Positions 44,489-47,511 of a DNA stretch of 47,511 nt are shown here, in pieces. The stretch covers positions 1-47,511 of the IMG/VR virus record IMGVR_UViG_3300016667_000679, one strand, 5' to 3'. This DNA is from a virus. Lineage: Duplodnaviria > Caudoviricetes. A program made the translations under genes and the position numbers. The stretch's first letter is position 1; the number at the start of each line of letters is the position of its first letter. The notes under the pieces were generated by a model that did no database searches, had not been told where the DNA came from, and worked only from the letters and a program-made list of their open reading frames with translations.

Positions 44489-44779
44489 TTACTTCTCTAA
44501 CTGTTCATCATCATGAACATACAGTTGAATAATAGCATAATGTATGATTTTTAGCAAGTCTTTTTTATTGTACCCTTGCTTTTTCCCATACCGCTTGGCA
44601 TACTTCATAATATTGCCAATATTAAATCCAGTACCATGCCCAGCGTCAATAATCATATCTGTCGCTTGATACTTACCAGCATAGTGTTGCCCGTAAGTTG
44701 CGTCAACATACTTTTTGATTTCTGCTAGATAATAGTCCTCATTGAATTTATAACAGATTTCTTTGTTTTCACCTATCAT
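44489..44779 (-). CDS. DUF3310-like conserved phage protein
   Basis: TYGQHY, GNIMKYAKRYGKK, DLLKIIHY. Confidence 0.75.
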   Translation of the reverse strand: MIGENKEICYKFNEDYYLAEIKKYVDATYGQHYAGKYQATDMIIDAGHGTGFNIGNIMKYAKRYGKKQGYNKKDLLKIIHYAIIQLYVHDDEQLEK

Positions 44780-45291
44780 GCTGAAATTTTTTCCTTCTTT
44801 CTCCGAGAAAGAATTTTCATCTTTCTCTTACCCTGATCTAGATGATACAGAGTTGCTCTTTGGGTATGAACAATTCCATTCAAATGATCAAGTTCATGTT
44901 GGAACACACGAGCAGTAAGACCTTCAAATATTTCGTTACGAAGTTCACCGTTTGGCATTTCAAATCTGACTCTGATTGAAGCTGGTCGTTTAATTTTAAT
45001 GAAAAGGTTTGGATACGAGAGGCAACCCTCCTCCATCAAAACTTCTTCATTAGAATAATCAACGATGCGTGGATTGAAGCAAGCAAGCACTTGACTTCCT
45101 GTAATAACAAAAACTCTATAAGGAAGTCCAACTTGATTAGCTGAAAGCCCAAGACCATTGTTAGCAATCATAGTTTCAGTCAAATCAATAGCCAACTGGG
45201 TTGGATCTGTTTGAGGTTGATAGAAATTAAAATTTTCTAACTTGGTCTTAAGAATTGGACTGTGTGGAGGGATTAGTGGAAGCACTGCCAT
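44776..45291 (-). CDS. def: peptide deformylase
   Basis: GLSANQVG, EGCLS, QHELDHLNG. Confidence 0.95.
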   Translation of the reverse strand: MAVLPLIPPHSPILKTKLENFNFYQPQTDPTQLAIDLTETMIANNGLGLSANQVGLPYRVFVITGSQVLACFNPRIVDYSNEEVLMEEGCLSYPNLFIKIKRPASIRVRFEMPNGELRNEIFEGLTARVFQHELDHLNGIVHTQRATLYHLDQGKRKMKILSRRKKEKISA

Positions 45292-45830
45292 TAGAAGCTT
45301 TTCCCTCCAGCCTTTTCACGGTTGGCTAGCTGATGGTCTGCACGATTACGATTATAATCATGCTTCTCAGCAATAGCACCTGCTACGTCAAGATTGTAAA
45401 GCCCAGCCATATCAAGAATACGAATGATACAATCTGCAAGCTCCACCTCAAGCATCTTACGGTGGGGGAGGTGGTCATCCATTAAATCCTTTCGTGCACC
45501 TTCCATTGCTTCTGATAATTCAGAATGACAAAGTGCAATTAGTGTACCGACTTCACGTGGCTTATTGTGCCAACCCATTTCCTTTGCCTGTCCATGCAGT
45601 TTGCTTTGAACAAGACGAAGATAATCAACTTCAGTAGCTTCAATAGAAAACTTATTTGTCACTTTCTTTTCCTTTTTAATAATATATGCACAATCAGCGC
45701 AAACATATGATTTTTTGGCGCCAAGAAAATTATCAGAACATTTTGTACATTTACAAACATATGCTCCTGGTGACCAACCACCTAATGATGGTCGATTATC
45801 TTCCTTTGGAAACCCATGAACAGTTTTCAT
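45291..45830 (-). CDS. MazG-like NTP pyrophosphohydrolase with N-terminal Cys cluster
   Basis: HSELSEAMEG, EVELADCIIRILD, KHDYN; CTKC..CADC. Confidence 0.82.
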   Translation of the reverse strand: MKTVHGFPKEDNRPSLGGWSPGAYVCKCTKCSDNFLGAKKSYVCADCAYIIKKEKKVTNKFSIEATEVDYLRLVQSKLHGQAKEMGWHNKPREVGTLIALCHSELSEAMEGARKDLMDDHLPHRKMLEVELADCIIRILDMAGLYNLDVAGAIAEKHDYNRNRADHQLANREKAGGKSF

Positions 45831-45978
45831 ATCACTTCCTTTTGTACATTTTACTCCAAAGCCAATTATTGAACCTTGTTGATTTATTTAAAACCCAAGA
45901 ACAAAATTTACTATTCCAAAACCAGTGACTGTATCTTGTCTTTGGTTTACAGTTTTGACACTCCATAATTTCTTTCCT

Positions 45979-47511
45979 TTATGCAGCAATCCTGCTGAAA
46001 TTTTTATGTTTCTCGAAACGAATTACGCTGTGGAATTTGTCGTACAATTGATCGCCTTTATGCGATATAATAAACACATTTGTATCAGAAGTCAAGTTCT
46101 GAAGTATCTTTAAAAATTCATCTGTTCCATTTGCGTCTAGAGATGAATCGAAAACTTCGTCCATGATAAGAAGATTAGTAGAAGCAGAATTGCGTAGTTT
46201 GGCAACTGCCCTCCAAGTGAATAGAAGAGCAAGGTCAATTCGCATCTTTTCGCCTTCAGAGAAGGAAGCGTAACTAAACTCATCGCGGAACCTCGATTTA
46301 ATTTTTTCTTCAAACTGGTCATTGAGTTCAAATTGAACAAAGAATTCCATTGCCGCAAGATATTTGTTAATCAACTTGTTGATGATTGGAACATATTGCT
46401 TGATAATTTTAGTTTTGATTCCGCCATCTTTCAGAAGATTAGCTGCTACCTCAAGAACAGCCTTATCATTAGCAAGAGTTTCTTTGAGTTTAACTTGTAC
46501 ATCTAACTCCTTTAAGTATGTATTCATATCAGCGGAGTCAGTTATAAGTTTTTCTCTTTTATTTTTAAGATTTTCTTTTTCTGCGTTCAGTTCAGAAAGA
46601 TTTCTCTCATACATTTGTTTTTTTGTTTGGAGAGACTTAATCTTTACATTGATATTGTTTATTTCACCGACGAATGCTTCTATTCGAGAAACTTCTTCTT
46701 CGATAGAGTCAATATCAGTTTGCATTTTGGCAATAGCTTCTTCAATCTGCTTTGCCTTTTCATTTTTAGTATTGATATTTTCTTTCTTGAAGTCTTCAGA
46801 AATTATTTGTGTGCAAGCTGGACAATTTTCATTGTCGTGAAGAAAAGAAACGTGTTGTTGAATTTCTCTCAGCTTGAACTGTAATTCTTTTTGAACATCC
46901 AAGTATTTCTTGAGTTTCTTTTTGATTTTTTGTTCGTCAACAATTTTATCTTTTATAGAAGCAATTTCTGATTGTTCAGTATCAATATCAAACTGAATTG
47001 ATTCAATGGCTTTCAGAGTTTCGTTGATCTTGTTGTTTTTCTCAACAATCAACTCTTCGTTGTTTTTCTTGAGTTCTTCAAGATGCTTTTTGTTCAGATC
47101 AATTTTCTGTTCTAGCAGCCTGATTTCACTGTTGTTATCAATAATTGCTGCCTTGTTTGCCTGAAGTTTTTCCTTCAGAATATTGTTCATCGTCGAGAAG
47201 ATCTGGATATCTAGAAGATCCTCGATAACTTCTCGACGATGCGCCGCAGGAAGCTGCATGAATGGCACGAAATTAGCCGAACCGAGCACAACGATTTGTG
47301 AGAATGAACGATGGTTCAACTTCAGGATTTGAGTTTCTAGAATATCCTGATACTCACGAACATCGGCGCTCTGGTTCAGAAGTGTGCCGTCTGAGAAAAT
47401 CTCAAACACATGTGGCTTCATGCCTCGGCGAACCAAATAATTACGCTTGCCAATGGAGAACTCTACTTCAACAACAAGACCCTTGCCAGTGATAGAATTC
47501 ATCAGCTGTGG
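45979..47511 (-). CDS. 46: recombination endonuclease ATPase subunit gp46 (Rad50-like), 5' end outside window
   Basis: CPAC zinc hook, coiled coil, FSEGEKMRID, LIMDEVFDSSLD, IISH. Confidence 0.96.
   Translation of the reverse strand, partial: PQLMNSITGKGLVVEVEFSIGKRNYLVRRGMKPHVFEIFSDGTLLNQSADVREYQDILETQILKLNHRSFSQIVVLGSANFVPFMQLPAAHRREVIEDLLDIQIFSTMNNILKEKLQANKAAIIDNNSEIRLLEQKIDLNKKHLEELKKNNEELIVEKNNKINETLKAIESIQFDIDTEQSEIASIKDKIVDEQKIKKKLKKYLDVQKELQFKLREIQQHVSFLHDNENCPACTQIISEDFKKENINTKNEKAKQIEEAIAKMQTDIDSIEEEVSRIEAFVGEINNINVKIKSLQTKKQMYERNLSELNAEKENLKNKREKLITDSADMNTYLKELDVQVKLKETLANDKAVLEVAANLLKDGGIKTKIIKQYVPIINKLINKYLAAMEFFVQFELNDQFEEKIKSRFRDEFSYASFSEGEKMRIDLALLFTWRAVAKLRNSASTNLLIMDEVFDSSLDANGTDEFLKILQNLTSDTNVFIISHKGDQLYDKFHSVIRFEKHKNFSRIAA

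Overview
A 47.5-kb segment of a T4-like myophage genome with essentially all real genes on the minus strand. The host is probably a GC-rich alphaproteobacterium (inferred from ROSE-like thermometers, an RpoH-like promoter, a PlcP/Agt-like pair and GC-rich early genes). It holds the T4 replication core (gp46 partial, gp45, gp44, gp62, regA, a split gp43, uvsX, gp41), an array of 12 recognisable tRNAs plus one tRNA-like element, RNA ligase 1, two early-gene islands of small ORFs, and auxiliary genes (PstS, outer-membrane barrel, Hsp20, peptide deformylase, peroxiredoxin, GH19 endolysin, glycosyl- and methyltransferases). Most notable: (1) a PlcP-like phospholipase C plus Agt-like glycolipid synthase pair, a candidate phage-encoded system for stripping phosphorus from host membrane lipids; (2) two diverged copies of an unannotated ~165-nt RNA with covarying stems and pseudoknots, each downstream of a tRNA-Lys(CUU), plus further structured RNA candidates; (3) five early sigma70 promoters each carrying a perfect IHF site 19-20 bp upstream of the -35; (4) a DNA polymerase split at the fingers tip by a GIY-YIG gene, with an extra TAGC disrupting motif B; (5) three His-rich enzymes bearing T4-type capsid-targeting leaders. 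All family calls come from motif recognition by eye; no database searches were run.
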